DNA of 64,000 nt, taken from positions 17,826-81,825 of the forward strand of contig JAPLSY010000087.1 in the NCBI GenBank assembly GCA_026398415.1, read 5' to 3'. The stretch comes from Kiritimatiellota bacterium. Its GTDB lineage: Bacteria; Verrucomicrobiota; Kiritimatiellia; JAAZAB01. A program made the position numbers and the translations under genes. A model generated the notes under the pieces. The model saw only the letters and a list, made by a program, of their open reading frames with translations, had not been told where the DNA came from and searched no databases. The first letter of the stretch is position 1. Every line of letters begins with the position of its first letter. Below, piece by piece: positions 47,595 through 57,737 of the stretch.

Positions 47595-48569
47595 TTAGGT
47601 CGGCGGCAGTTTCCCGGCAAAATGACAGCGGCTCGTATGGCCCGGACCGACCGCGCGTTCGTCCGGCAGTTGCGCGCGGCACAGATCCATGGCGTAGGGA
47701 CAGCGGGGATGGAAGGGACAACCAGCAACTAAAGAGCTGGCCGTCGGCACTTCGCCTTGCACGATTTCCCGGCGTACACCCGCGGCACGCGCGCGCAATC
47801 CTTTTTCCACGTCCGGCACGGCACTCAGCAGAGCCTGCGTGTAAGGATGCGAGGGGCACGCAAACAGCGCGTCCACCCCCGCCGCTTCGACAATCGCTCC
47901 GGCATACATGACCAGCACCCGGTCGCACATATAGCGGACAACGGCCAGGTCATGGGCAATGAACAGGTACGCCAGGCCCCGCGCCTGCTGCAGGTCCTTC
48001 ATCAAGTTCAGGATTTGCGCCTGCACGGAAACATCCAGCGCCGAAACCGGCTCATCGGCCACGACAAAAACCGGATCCAGCGCCAGTGCACGGGCAATGC
48101 CGACGCGCTGGCGCTGGCCGCCGCTGAACTCGTGGGGATAACGCGCGGCATAATCGGGATCGAGCCCGACCGTCTGCAACAGGTCGCGCACACGCCGCTT
48201 GCGTTCCGCACGGTTGCCCAGCCGGTGCACGGCCAGGCATTCCTCGATGGCCGCGCCGATCGCTATGCGCGGATTGAGCGAACCGTAGGGATCCTGGAAA
48301 ATCATTTGCGACCGGCGCCGGTAGTGAAAAAGGTCCCGGTGAGCGAGCGTCAGCACATCTTGATCTTCAAACCGAACGGTCCCGGCCTGCACCGGCACCA
48401 GACGCAGGACGGCATTGCCCAGCGTGCTTTTACCGCACCCACTCTCACCCACCAGGCCGACGCTTTCACCTTGTTCGACGGCCAGCGAAACGCCATTGAC
48501 CGCGCGCACTTCGTGACCGTGCCCGGCACTGAACCGAACATGCAGATTATTTATTTCCAAAAGTGACAT
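47595..48569 (-). CDS. ABC transporter ATP-binding protein (peptide/nickel Opp/Nik-type, F/E subunit)
   Basis: Walker A GESGCGKST, signature LSGGQRQR and Walker B FVVADEP. C-terminal oligopeptide-type extension. Confidence 0.85.
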   Translation of the reverse strand: MSLLEINNLHVRFSAGHGHEVRAVNGVSLAVEQGESVGLVGESGCGKSTLGNAVLRLVPVQAGTVRFEDQDVLTLAHRDLFHYRRRSQMIFQDPYGSLNPRIAIGAAIEECLAVHRLGNRAERKRRVRDLLQTVGLDPDYAARYPHEFSGGQRQRVGIARALALDPVFVVADEPVSALDVSVQAQILNLMKDLQQARGLAYLFIAHDLAVVRYMCDRVLVMYAGAIVEAAGVDALFACPSHPYTQALLSAVPDVEKGLRARAAGVRREIVQGEVPTASSLVAGCPFHPRCPYAMDLCRAQLPDERAVGPGHTSRCHFAGKLPPT

Positions 48570-49510
48570 CGCACCCTATGGTCCTCTGTTATGATTGTTT
48601 CAATCGGGTCCTCCTGACGGCATAACGCCTGGGCCTTCGGACAGCGCGGATGAAATGGGCACCCGGTGGGCAGTCGCGCCGGATTGGGCACGGCGCCGGG
48701 AATCCCGATCATGCGCGTCTTGCCGCCGCTTAAGCGCGGCACGGCGGCCATGAGTCCGCGCGTGTAAGGATGCGCACTTTGGCCCAGAATTTGCTCGACC
48801 GGCCCGCGTTCGACGATGCGGCCGGCATACATGACGTTGACCCGCCGGGCCACACCGGCCACCAGGCCCAGGTTATGGGTAATCAGTAATATGGCCATGC
48901 CCAGTTCCTCCTGTAAACGGACTAACAGGTCGAGAATTTGCGCCTGGATCGTGACATCCAGGGCAGTGGTAGGCTCATCGGCCACCAGCATGCGGGGACG
49001 ACAGGCCAGGGCCATGGCGATCATAACGCGCTGTTGCATTCCGCCGCTGAGCTCATGGGGATACGCGTTGAGACGGCGTTCGGGATCAGGCAAGCCGACG
49101 CGGTTCAATAGACTGATAACTTCCGCCCTAACGGCAATGCCCGCTCGGTGCAACTTGAGCGCCTCGGCAATTTGCCAGCCGACACGGAATACGGGGTTAA
49201 GCGAAGTGGCCGGTTCCTGAAAAATATAGGCAATTTCCGCGCCGCGCATCTGGCGCAATTGGGCCGGGTCCATGGCCAGCACATCGCGGCCGGCAAACCG
49301 GATATTGCCGCCAGCCACGTAACCGGGCTTGGCCACCAGCCGGGTCAGGGCCAGCGCGGTGACACTTTTGCCACAGCCGCTCTCGCCCACCAACGCAACG
49401 GTTTCACCCGGCGCCACGCTGAACGATACGCCGTTCACCGCCCGGACCGGTTCCGTCCGCGTCCGGAAGAAAACGCTGAGTTGGTCCACATTAAGTAAAT
49501 TATCTTCCAT
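48551..49510 (-). CDS. ABC transporter ATP-binding protein (peptide/nickel Opp/Nik-type, D subunit)
   Basis: AAGGA RBS. Walker A GESGCGKSV, signature LSGGMQQR and Walker B LVADEPTTALD. Confidence 0.85.
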   Translation of the reverse strand: MEDNLLNVDQLSVFFRTRTEPVRAVNGVSFSVAPGETVALVGESGCGKSVTALALTRLVAKPGYVAGGNIRFAGRDVLAMDPAQLRQMRGAEIAYIFQEPATSLNPVFRVGWQIAEALKLHRAGIAVRAEVISLLNRVGLPDPERRLNAYPHELSGGMQQRVMIAMALACRPRMLVADEPTTALDVTIQAQILDLLVRLQEELGMAILLITHNLGLVAGVARRVNVMYAGRIVERGPVEQILGQSAHPYTRGLMAAVPRLSGGKTRMIGIPGAVPNPARLPTGCPFHPRCPKAQALCRQEDPIETIITEDHRVRCHFWK

Positions 49511-49513
49511 TTG

Positions 49514-50155
49514 TTACTTGTGATCCTTATGCGCTTTATTACGACTACGATTAAACCGGTCAATAATATCGGCAACTTCACCCAGCGTGCCGACCACAAA
49601 ATCGGCAGGCGGATCAGGACGCCGCGTGGTGAGGTGACTTTCCAGAAAAACCGTGGGAGCACCGGCACGCTGGCCGGCCTCGATGTCATACCGATAATCA
49701 CCCACCATCAGCAGGGCCGCGGCCGGCACGCGCAGGCGGCGGGCGGCCAGCAGAACCCCTTCAGGATCAGGCTTGGGACGTTGAACATGGTCGCGGGTAA
49801 TGATGACGTTAAAATCCGCCAGGCGCACATGGGCAAAGTTCTTGAGCGCCGTTTCCACCGAGGCGCGCCGGTTACGCGTGAGAATACCCCGCCGGATATG
49901 GCGCTGTTTCAGGAATCGGACAAGTTCCTCGGCACCTTCGTTGGGATGGGAGCACCGGGCAGCGTGATCTTCAAACTGCTCCAGGACCAGCCATGCCTGA
50001 CGTCGGTCCGCTACAGACGGCAGGCCCTCGATAAACTCCAGAATGGGCACATCGCCCGGGCAGCGGATCGCTTTTTTGATCCCGGCAAAGTCAATGCTTC
50101 CCGGCAACGTCAGCGTGCCGTCAAAATCAAATAATACTGCGCGAATGGAATTCAT
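49514..50155 (-). CDS. HAD-superfamily (subfamily IA) hydrolase
   Basis: N-terminal LFDFDGTLT motif I. Later motifs ILTRN and MVGDYRYDIEAG. Confidence 0.75.
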   Translation of the reverse strand: MNSIRAVLFDFDGTLTLPGSIDFAGIKKAIRCPGDVPILEFIEGLPSVADRRQAWLVLEQFEDHAARCSHPNEGAEELVRFLKQRHIRRGILTRNRRASVETALKNFAHVRLADFNVIITRDHVQRPKPDPEGVLLAARRLRVPAAALLMVGDYRYDIEAGQRAGAPTVFLESHLTTRRPDPPADFVVGTLGEVADIIDRFNRSRNKAHKDHK

Positions 50156-50190
50156 TGAAAATTTACCTGAATTTCATATCATCCAAACCC

Positions 50191-50523
50191 ATGACCAACC
50201 ATCCCGCATCACCCGGCGCCTGCGTCCGGTGCGGCGCCTGTTGCCGCAAGCCGGGCGACGTGCGCCTGCAGAACGACGAAACCGAAATCATCGCCCAGTT
50301 TCTGCACCTGACGATCCACGACTTCACCGCCGCCTATACCCGCCTGCGCACCAATCGCTCCGGGCTCATTCTGGCCGAAGCGGCCGATGGCGCCTGCATA
50401 TTCCTGCAGGACAACCAATGCCGCATCCAGAACGTTAAACCCCGGCAATGCCGCGATTATCCCGAGACCTGGCATATCCCCGGGGAGGAGCAATTTTGCC
50501 GCGCCCGGCACGGTCCAGCATAA
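50191..50523 (+). CDS. YkgJ-family cysteine-cluster protein (UPF0153/CxxCxxCC)
   Basis: CVRCGACCR near the N-terminus and CIFLQDNQCRIQNVKPRQCRDYP downstream. On the opposite strand, inside the transporter operon gap. Confidence 0.6.
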   Translation: MTNHPASPGACVRCGACCRKPGDVRLQNDETEIIAQFLHLTIHDFTAAYTRLRTNRSGLILAEAADGACIFLQDNQCRIQNVKPRQCRDYPETWHIPGEEQFCRARHGPA

Positions 50524-50598
50524 CACAGGCTGGCCGGCGTTTGCTTTGTTCTTTTCCGGCTGTCACGTCATCCGTCGTCTGTCCTCCGTCGTCCATCT

Positions 50599-51645
50599 TC
50601 AGCGCTCGCTGGTTCTTAAGCGCGGGTCGAGGGCATCCCGCAACGCATCGCCCAGCAGGTTAAACGCCAGCACAATGAAAAAAATCGCCGCGGTCACAAA
50701 GGTCATTTCCCACCATACACCCTGCCACAGGCGCAGGCGGGCGTTGCTGATCATGATCCCCCAGGAAGGTTCGCCCTGCACGCCGATCCCCAGGAAGCTC
50801 ATGAATACTTCCGTGGAAATGGCCGCGGGGAACCGCAGGGAAAAGGTGATGATGACGATGTGAAACACATTAGGCAGAATGTGCCGGAACATAATCCTGA
50901 AAGGCCCCAGCCCAAGCGCATGGGCCGCCTGCACGTAAGGACGCGTCTTGTGTTTCATCACCTCGCCCCGGATTAACCGGCACAAGTTGACCCAGGTCGT
51001 CAGACCAATGCCCAGGTACACGCCCAGCAGACCCTTGCCGACCACCATGGCAATGGCCAGGATAAAGAGCAGGCCGGGGATGGACGAGAAAGTGGAATAT
51101 AACCAGACGATGAAGTCATCCGTTTTGCCCCCGAAATATCCGGCCAGGCATCCCAGGATGACGCCGATGGGAATGGCAATGCAGGACGTGATGATCCCGA
51201 CCTGGAAGGCGATCCGCGCGCCCTGGACCGTGCGCTCAAACACGTCGCGCCCCAAGTTGTCCGTGCCGAGCGGATGATGGGCCAGCGTACGCAAGCCGAC
51301 GCGGAAACGTGCGGCAACACTTCGCGCCGCCGGTTGGCCACGATAATCAATAGCCGGGGAACTGACTGCGCCAGGATTGACGCGAGGGATCATCGCAAAC
51401 GGATGCCGGAATACGCTCGGCGCGAGATATTCCTCCCGTAAATTGGTCTGCTGGTAGGGCGGCGCCATGTCCTGCCAATGGAAATACCAGAACACACCCT
51501 CGCCATAGAGCGCCATTGCCAGGTAGATGACAATGATCCAGAAGGATGCCACGGCGATCCGGTCGCGGCACAATTGCCGCCACGCATCCCCCCAGAGAGA
51601 GGAAGAAATTGAGCGATTCAGTGATTCAGTGATTGAGTGATTCAT
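50599..51645 (-). CDS. ABC transporter permease (Opp/Nik C-type)
   Basis: BPD_transp_1 signature region (conserved EAA-loop region) and TM profile. ATGA overlap with the upstream permease. Confidence 0.8.
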   Translation of the reverse strand: MNHSITESLNRSISSSLWGDAWRQLCRDRIAVASFWIIVIYLAMALYGEGVFWYFHWQDMAPPYQQTNLREEYLAPSVFRHPFAMIPRVNPGAVSSPAIDYRGQPAARSVAARFRVGLRTLAHHPLGTDNLGRDVFERTVQGARIAFQVGIITSCIAIPIGVILGCLAGYFGGKTDDFIVWLYSTFSSIPGLLFILAIAMVVGKGLLGVYLGIGLTTWVNLCRLIRGEVMKHKTRPYVQAAHALGLGPFRIMFRHILPNVFHIVIITFSLRFPAAISTEVFMSFLGIGVQGEPSWGIMISNARLRLWQGVWWEMTFVTAAIFFIVLAFNLLGDALRDALDPRLRTSER

Positions 51646-53036
51646 CCTATTTTTACCCGCGGATCAAAGAGCGCGTAACAGAGATCGGTCATCAGGTTCG
51701 CAATCACATACAGGATCGAGCCGATCAACACGATGGCACGGATGACGTCCACGTCGGAATAATTAACGGCGTTAATACCCATATTGCCTAGGCCGGGAAT
51801 GCCGAAGAAACCTTCCAGCAGCAGGCTGCCGGTATAGAGGAAGGGAATGGCAATTACCACGTTGGTCAAAATCGGGATCATGCCGTTTTTTAAAACATGT
51901 TTGAACAGGACCCCCGGCCGGCTCACCCCCTTGGCAAAGGCCGTGCGCACGTAATCCCGATACATCTCGTCCAGCATAATGGTGCGGTAAAACCGGACAT
52001 TTTCACCCAGGCCGCTAACTACGCCGATCAACACCGGCAGGAGCAGAAAAGTCCACGATTCGAACCCCCATAAGGGGAACCACCCCCAGCGGTAGCCCAG
52101 CACATATTGTCCGAAGATAATCCAAACGAGGTAATTCACGCTCATCAGCACCACCGCGATCACCACGATCAAACGGTCCACAAAAGTGTTCCGAAAGAAC
52201 GCGCACAACAGGGCAATGCTGACCGCCACGACCAGTTCGACAATGAAAATCGGCACGGTCAGGCAGAGCGAGGGACCGATGCCGTCTTTCAGCATCTGCG
52301 CCACGCGCTGATTGCTAAAATTGGATTTGCCAAAGTCAAGCCGCGCAATCTGCGAAAGGTAAAACACGAATTGGGTATCGAACCAATTTGCGTTTTGCCG
52401 CCGTAGCTTGAGCGCGCAGATTTCCAGCACCCCGTCCTCGATATGTAGCGTTAGCTTCAGGGCCGTTGGGTCTGCCCCGGCAGTGAACGTAATCTTGACC
52501 GTTTGCCAAGCGCTGTTCGTAGTCAGTAATCGGGTTTGGCACTCAAAGCCGCTGACGCCCGCCAACGCCGGTTTTGTTCCCGCTACATCACCGGGCTGAT
52601 GACCCTGCTCGGTATTGAACGCTGCCGTGCCCGAACGCAGGCGATATTTTATTATCCACTGGTAAGTCCTTTGCGGCTTCAGCTTGAAGGCCAGCGGCAG
52701 GGCATAGTCCTTGCCGGGCGCCAGCGTGATCAGACCGGGTTCACGACGCTGAGGCGCCGTATAGGTGACGCCCTCAACCTGTCGCCAGGGACCGGCATTG
52801 CGGACAAAGGTCGTATCCTCGTACGCCCGCGTAGCGCTCCAATGGCCCAGCAGGAGCGGCTTGTTGAAGCCGCGCTGTTCATCATATTCCTCCAGCGCCT
52901 TGGGCGAAATATTCTTGCCGAGCGTCATGGCGGCTGGACTGCCGCCCACGATATTGAATAGAATAAAAGTGATCACAATGACCCCGAAAACGGTCGGGAT
53001 CATCTGGAAGATGCGGCGTATGATATAGCGAAACAT
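51642..53036 (-). CDS. ABC transporter permease (Opp/Nik B-type) with enlarged (~200 aa) first periplasmic loop
   Basis: AAGGA RBS. N-terminal TM1, then a long hydrophilic segment (aa ~35-235), then the canonical 5-TM core with an EAA-like loop. 464 aa versus ~310 for typical OppB/NikB. Confidence 0.75.
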   Translation of the reverse strand: MFRYIIRRIFQMIPTVFGVIVITFILFNIVGGSPAAMTLGKNISPKALEEYDEQRGFNKPLLLGHWSATRAYEDTTFVRNAGPWRQVEGVTYTAPQRREPGLITLAPGKDYALPLAFKLKPQRTYQWIIKYRLRSGTAAFNTEQGHQPGDVAGTKPALAGVSGFECQTRLLTTNSAWQTVKITFTAGADPTALKLTLHIEDGVLEICALKLRRQNANWFDTQFVFYLSQIARLDFGKSNFSNQRVAQMLKDGIGPSLCLTVPIFIVELVVAVSIALLCAFFRNTFVDRLIVVIAVVLMSVNYLVWIIFGQYVLGYRWGWFPLWGFESWTFLLLPVLIGVVSGLGENVRFYRTIMLDEMYRDYVRTAFAKGVSRPGVLFKHVLKNGMIPILTNVVIAIPFLYTGSLLLEGFFGIPGLGNMGINAVNYSDVDVIRAIVLIGSILYVIANLMTDLCYALFDPRVKIG

Positions 53037-53081
53037 TTATCGTTTTCCTTCAGCCTACAGCCCACGGTCCACGGCCACGCT

Positions 53082-54392
53082 TCAGTCTTGTGCAAACGGC
53101 ACTACCGCCATCGCTTCCGGCATTAGATAATACGTCGGCCGCTTTATTCCCGCCCGCGCCAGTTCATCGAGCGTCAAGCGGATGGCCGTCTCCTGGTCCG
53201 GCGCCGCCGCGATCCTCAAGTCAGCTACATCCCGCGCACTCAATTGTGTGACCAGCATCGCGCGCGCGCCACGGATGCGCGTTGAGAGCGCCGTCTGACC
53301 GTTGACTTCGGGGCTTTGCCGCAATCCCCGGTAAATTTCGGCCAGCGTCGGCCGCGTAACCCAGTATCGGAAGCGCTCATTACCAAGTCCTTCCGGACAC
53401 GGCGCAAGCAGAATGATGCGTCCATTCTCCTGGACCGCCCGCGCAGCGTTGAACAAGGCCTTATGGGCCTGAATCCAGTTGTCGGCGCCGCCGGCATTGG
53501 CCACGACAAAATCCGCTTTCTTGCGGATATCCACCCGGTCAATTTGCCCCACCAGTTCGCAAGCGGCGCGATGGGCCAGGTCCAGATCTCCTGCAAAGAC
53601 CCCGGCCAATTGTCCATCCGGCGTAAGCACCGTGTTGACGATGAAATCCGGAGGATGCAGACGCGCGCCTTCCAGCATTTCTTCCGACACGGGATTCAAG
53701 TCTAACCGGCCAATTTCAACCCCGGTTCGGATGCGATCCTGCTCCGGATCGAGCGTCAGGCTGTGGTTATAGGCAATCGTGACGCGCCCGGCCAGGCCGG
53801 GAATGAGCGACTTGCGTCCACCGCCGAACCCGGCGTGGTAATGATAGGTCGCCGTACCAAGCAGAACAAGGCGGTCGGCTTCCACCGCCCGCCGGTTAAG
53901 ACGCACCTCGTGACCGCGCCGGGTTTTGCCGATGGATACCAGGTTGACCGCGTCATCAGGATCATGGATGAAAATCCGGTTTTCAAATATCCGGGCCATT
54001 TGCGCGCCGAGAATGCGCTGAATTTCCTCCGCCGTCGGTGGGCGGTGAATACCGGTCGCCACCAGGATAAAAAAATCGGCTGTGCGGCAACCCCGTTCCT
54101 GCAAGCCGCGCAACAGCACCGGCAGGATGCGGTCCACTGCCGTCTTACGGGTCTGGTCGGAGACCACCAGGCAGACGGATTCGCCGGGCTGAATTCGATC
54201 AAACACGGTCTGGCCCCTCTTATCCGGCCAGAGCGGATTCCGGAGCGCCGCGCTGATATCCTGGTCGGCTAACAGCTTGGCGCAGTCGGCGCAAACCAAC
54301 TCGCCCAGACATTCGGCCTGACCGACAGGAATGGAAACAGAAAGGGGCATATTTAGTGCGGGCAGTATAGTGGCGACCAGGTCGGGCGTCAA
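53082..54392 (-). CDS. LarA-family (lactate racemase N-terminal domain / DUF2088) protein
   Basis: Conserved LarA N-domain layout (…GIHRPPT…, HYHAGFGGGRKS, ANAGGADNWIQ). The ORF begins with TTG; the first ATG is at 54350. Confidence 0.65.
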   Translation of the reverse strand: MTPDLVATILPALNMPLSVSIPVGQAECLGELVCADCAKLLADQDISAALRNPLWPDKRGQTVFDRIQPGESVCLVVSDQTRKTAVDRILPVLLRGLQERGCRTADFFILVATGIHRPPTAEEIQRILGAQMARIFENRIFIHDPDDAVNLVSIGKTRRGHEVRLNRRAVEADRLVLLGTATYHYHAGFGGGRKSLIPGLAGRVTIAYNHSLTLDPEQDRIRTGVEIGRLDLNPVSEEMLEGARLHPPDFIVNTVLTPDGQLAGVFAGDLDLAHRAACELVGQIDRVDIRKKADFVVANAGGADNWIQAHKALFNAARAVQENGRIILLAPCPEGLGNERFRYWVTRPTLAEIYRGLRQSPEVNGQTALSTRIRGARAMLVTQLSARDVADLRIAAAPDQETAIRLTLDELARAGIKRPTYYLMPEAMAVVPFAQD

Positions 54393-54498
54393 TGTCCGCT
54401 TCCCGGATGTGAACCAAGAGAATCATTTCCTTTTTCCGGTATTCTGGCATACTCATGCCGCTGGAAAGCGCGAACAACTAAACCAAGGAGCAAACACC

Positions 54499-55431
54499 AT
54501 GGATTCTAAAGTATTCGTCAACGAGCAGATCGAGGAGATCCGCAAGACAGTCGGCAAGGGCATTGCCATTAACGCGCTGAGTGGCGGCGTGGATAGTTCG
54601 GTGGTGACGCTCCTGGGTCATCGGGCACTGGGTGCTCAAATGAAAACATTTTTTGTGGACAATGCCCTGATGCGCGCGGGCGAGCCCCAGCGCATTGTGC
54701 AACTTTTCGCCAGCCTGGGTATTCCCGTGCAGAATGTGAACGCACGCCAGGAATTTCTGGCGGCCTTAAAGGGGATCAGCGATCCAGAGAAAAAGCGACA
54801 GGCCATTACCGACACCTTCTACGCCAAGGTGTTTGTGCGCCTGGTACGCGAGACGAAGGCGCATTTCCTGATGCACGGCACCATCTTGACCGACATCGAG
54901 GAAACCGTGGCCGGGATCAAGCGCCAACACAATATTCTCTCCCAAATAGGCATCAAGCCGGAAGAAGCCTACGGCTACGCGGTGCTCGAGCCGCTAAAGA
55001 CCCTGCGCAAAGACGGAGTCCGGGCCGTGGCCGCCGAGCTCGGCCTGCCGAGCGAAATCGCCCGGCGCATGCCATTCCCCGGCCCCGCGCTGGCCGCGCG
55101 GATCGTCGGCGACGTGACCGAGGAAAAACTGGATCTCGTGCGCCGCGCCACGGCGATCGTCGAGGAGGAACTGGCCGACTGTGGCGCCTTCCAGTACCTG
55201 GCGGTGCTCTTGAACGATTACGCCACCGGCATCCGCAACAACAAGCGCGAGTTCGGCCGGATCATCGTCGTGCGTTGTATCGAGAGCACTGACGCCCGCA
55301 CCGCCACCGTTACGCGCCTGCCCTGGGAAAAACTTGAAAAAATCTGCCGGCGCATCACGGATATCCCGGGCGTCAATCGCTGTCTCTACGACCTGACTCC
55401 CAAGCCCCCGGCCACGGTGGAATACGTGTGA
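54499..55431 (+). CDS. GMP synthase ATP-pyrophosphatase (PP-loop) domain protein, lacking a glutamine amidotransferase domain
   Basis: AAGGAG RBS 8 nt upstream. PP-loop SGGVDSSV. C-terminal GMP-synthase dimerisation motif RRMPFPGPALAARIVGDVTEEKLDLVRRA. 310 aa; no GATase domain upstream in frame. Confidence 0.7.
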   Translation: MDSKVFVNEQIEEIRKTVGKGIAINALSGGVDSSVVTLLGHRALGAQMKTFFVDNALMRAGEPQRIVQLFASLGIPVQNVNARQEFLAALKGISDPEKKRQAITDTFYAKVFVRLVRETKAHFLMHGTILTDIEETVAGIKRQHNILSQIGIKPEEAYGYAVLEPLKTLRKDGVRAVAAELGLPSEIARRMPFPGPALAARIVGDVTEEKLDLVRRATAIVEEELADCGAFQYLAVLLNDYATGIRNNKREFGRIIVVRCIESTDARTATVTRLPWEKLEKICRRITDIPGVNRCLYDLTPKPPATVEYV

Positions 55432-55504
55432 TGGGCAGAAAAGCGCCGGATGGTGTTTCACGATAATTGACTCGTGCGCCACCACCCGCTCAGACGACAC
55501 TTAA

Positions 55505-56383
55505 TCAGGCCATCGCCATAATCTTTTTCAGCTTGGCGACGGTGTCGCGCGCCAGCGGCATATCCGGCAGAACCATATCCGGCAGGCGGCTGAAGGGAAT
55601 CATTTCGGCCGTGATGGGGCCCTTGTATTTGATCTTGGCCAGCGCGGCCAGCACGGCCTTCCAGTTGACGTCGCCTTTGAGCAGGTCGTCACCAAACCCG
55701 TGGATCCCGCCGCCGCAATCCTGCCGGGCAAAGTTTTTAAAATGCACGGCGGCAACACGCCGTCCCAGGATTTCAATCCAGTGTTCGGGGTAACCGTTAA
55801 TCAGACAGTTACCAACATCCAGATAGACGCCGAGGCGCCGGCTCTTGAACTGGTCCATGAAGCGCTGCATGGCCATGGGATCGGTCAGGAACCAGCCCCA
55901 GACGTTTTCCAAGGCAATGGTTACCTTCTGTTTTTCAGCTTCCTTGAGACAAGCCCGGAGAGAGGCCGTCGCGTTTTTCCAGGCCGCCGCATACGGCACA
56001 ACCGGCTTGGAGGGATCCCAGGGCACCGCCACCGCGCCCGGTAGAACCAATACGGTTTTGGCGCCAACCCAGGCGGCGACACGCAGATATTCCTTGGTAA
56101 ACTCGATCGCCTCACGCCGGGTGGCGGCATCCGGCGAGGAGAGTGGCTTGTCCCAGTAATACCCCGTCGCCAATGTTTCAATCCGCATCTTCAACTGGGC
56201 GGCCTTGGCACGGATCGCACGGCATTGCGCCTCGGTGATACCGCGCGGGAACTCGCCCGCCCCATAAGTCAATTCAAGGCCACCAAGCCCCATGGCCGAG
56301 GCTTCTTCCAATGCCTGGACCACGGGCTTCTTGCCCTCGAATCCGCCCAAGGTCCAATAATTAATCTGTAGAATGTTGTTCAT
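55505..56383 (-). CDS. sugar phosphate isomerase/epimerase (xylose-isomerase-like TIM barrel)
   Basis: GAAGGGA RBS before the ATG at 56383. AP-endonuclease-2/xylose-isomerase-like TIM pattern. Confidence 0.65.
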   Translation of the reverse strand: MNNILQINYWTLGGFEGKKPVVQALEEASAMGLGGLELTYGAGEFPRGITEAQCRAIRAKAAQLKMRIETLATGYYWDKPLSSPDAATRREAIEFTKEYLRVAAWVGAKTVLVLPGAVAVPWDPSKPVVPYAAAWKNATASLRACLKEAEKQKVTIALENVWGWFLTDPMAMQRFMDQFKSRRLGVYLDVGNCLINGYPEHWIEILGRRVAAVHFKNFARQDCGGGIHGFGDDLLKGDVNWKAVLAALAKIKYKGPITAEMIPFSRLPDMVLPDMPLARDTVAKLKKIMAMA

Positions 56384-56527
56384 GAAACAATCCCTTCGTA
56401 ATGTGATCCCCATGGCCTCAGCCCGCCTACAACGCTATGCGTAGCATTGCGGGCAGGCAAGCTGAGGCCCTACGTAGGGCGCGACCTAGTGTCGCGCCAT
56501 TTTACCTATTCGCGTATCGGAGACATG

Positions 56528-57547
56528 TCATCCTTTGAATCGCACGATTTTCCCCGAACGGGCCGATTTGACTTCCGCCTCGATGAGTTTGACGCTTTGC
56601 ATGGCCGATTCCGGCGGCACCACCGGCGATGCGCAGTTCCGGCGGATGCAATCCAGGAAATGCTGCAGTTCATGGAAATAGCCGTCGCCCTCCGCAACCG
56701 CCACCGGCTGGGCCGGACCTTTGGCCGGGCAAAGCCGCAGTCCATGCGCGTCGAAAACCAGGCTCGCCTTTTCCAAGGCGATCCGGAACGCCATGGAGAA
56801 CGGGAAGCCGGCGTTATATTCCCAAGCGCCTTCAGCCTGGATCAGCGTGCCCGGCGCATAATTATAAAAGGTGGTGATGTGATCCAGGGCGCCATTTTTA
56901 CTTTTCATGGCACGGCTCAGGACCGAGCGCGGCTGGCCAAACATATAGAGCACAAAATCCGCGTCGTGGATGTGCAGATCGAGGGCGCAGGCGCCGCTCT
57001 TGCGCGGGTCCTGCAGAAAGCCCTGCCAGCTCCAGGTCGGCCGCGGACTCACGCGGGTAAATACGGCACTGACTACCTTGCCGAATTTTTTACTCTGCAC
57101 CAACTCGCGGGCCTTGGCATAGGCCGGCCAGAATCGAATGCACTGGGCAATAAACAGCCGACGGCGGGCCGCGCGGGCGGCCGCGATCATGGCGACAGCC
57201 TCGGCTGATTTCAAGGCCATCGGTTTTTCGCAGATAACGTGATGGCCGGACTTTAGCGCCTTGATGGCCCAGCGGGCATGGAGATAAGTCGGCAGGGTGA
57301 TATCCACGATATCCACCGCCGGGTCTTTCAGCATGTCGGCGGCGTCCTCATAAAGATGAATGCCGCGCAGGTCCTGGCGCTTGCCCGCCCCGCCGATGTT
57401 ACCGCCAATACTCGACCAATCCCCGGAGCGCTTGCGGACATCCACGTCGGCAATGGCCGTCACCTTGGCGCCCTTTATGTTGGCGTAAGTATTGAAATGC
57501 ATCTTGCCCATGAACCCCAGCCCAACGATCCCAATGTTCAGACTCAT
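56528..57547 (-). CDS. Gfo/Idh/MocA-family NAD(P)-dependent oxidoreductase
   Basis: GGAAGGAG RBS. N-terminal Rossmann IGIVGLGFMGKMH and Gfo/Idh/MocA C-domain. Confidence 0.8.
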   Translation of the reverse strand: MSLNIGIVGLGFMGKMHFNTYANIKGAKVTAIADVDVRKRSGDWSSIGGNIGGAGKRQDLRGIHLYEDAADMLKDPAVDIVDITLPTYLHARWAIKALKSGHHVICEKPMALKSAEAVAMIAAARAARRRLFIAQCIRFWPAYAKARELVQSKKFGKVVSAVFTRVSPRPTWSWQGFLQDPRKSGACALDLHIHDADFVLYMFGQPRSVLSRAMKSKNGALDHITTFYNYAPGTLIQAEGAWEYNAGFPFSMAFRIALEKASLVFDAHGLRLCPAKGPAQPVAVAEGDGYFHELQHFLDCIRRNCASPVVPPESAMQSVKLIEAEVKSARSGKIVRFKG

Positions 57548-57737
57548 GCTATGACTCCTTCCGGTTTTAGATAACAGCCGTTAAAACTACGCAGTTGCTT
57601 TATATGGCAGATGGCATGAGACTACAATAAAAAAATGGCGCCATCTGACACTTCCGGTCTTGTGCAGAGGGAACGAAATTCCTACACTCCAATCACACCG
57701 TCGCGTTCTGATCGAATAAATGCGGAAAGCGGGAATT

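Noticed and set aside
51600-51645. Short 8-9-bp tandem motif (aatcactga x4) at the 5' end of the permease C gene
   Set aside because: It encodes the low-complexity N-terminus (HSITESLNRSIS) of a well-supported gene. No evidence of regulatory function.
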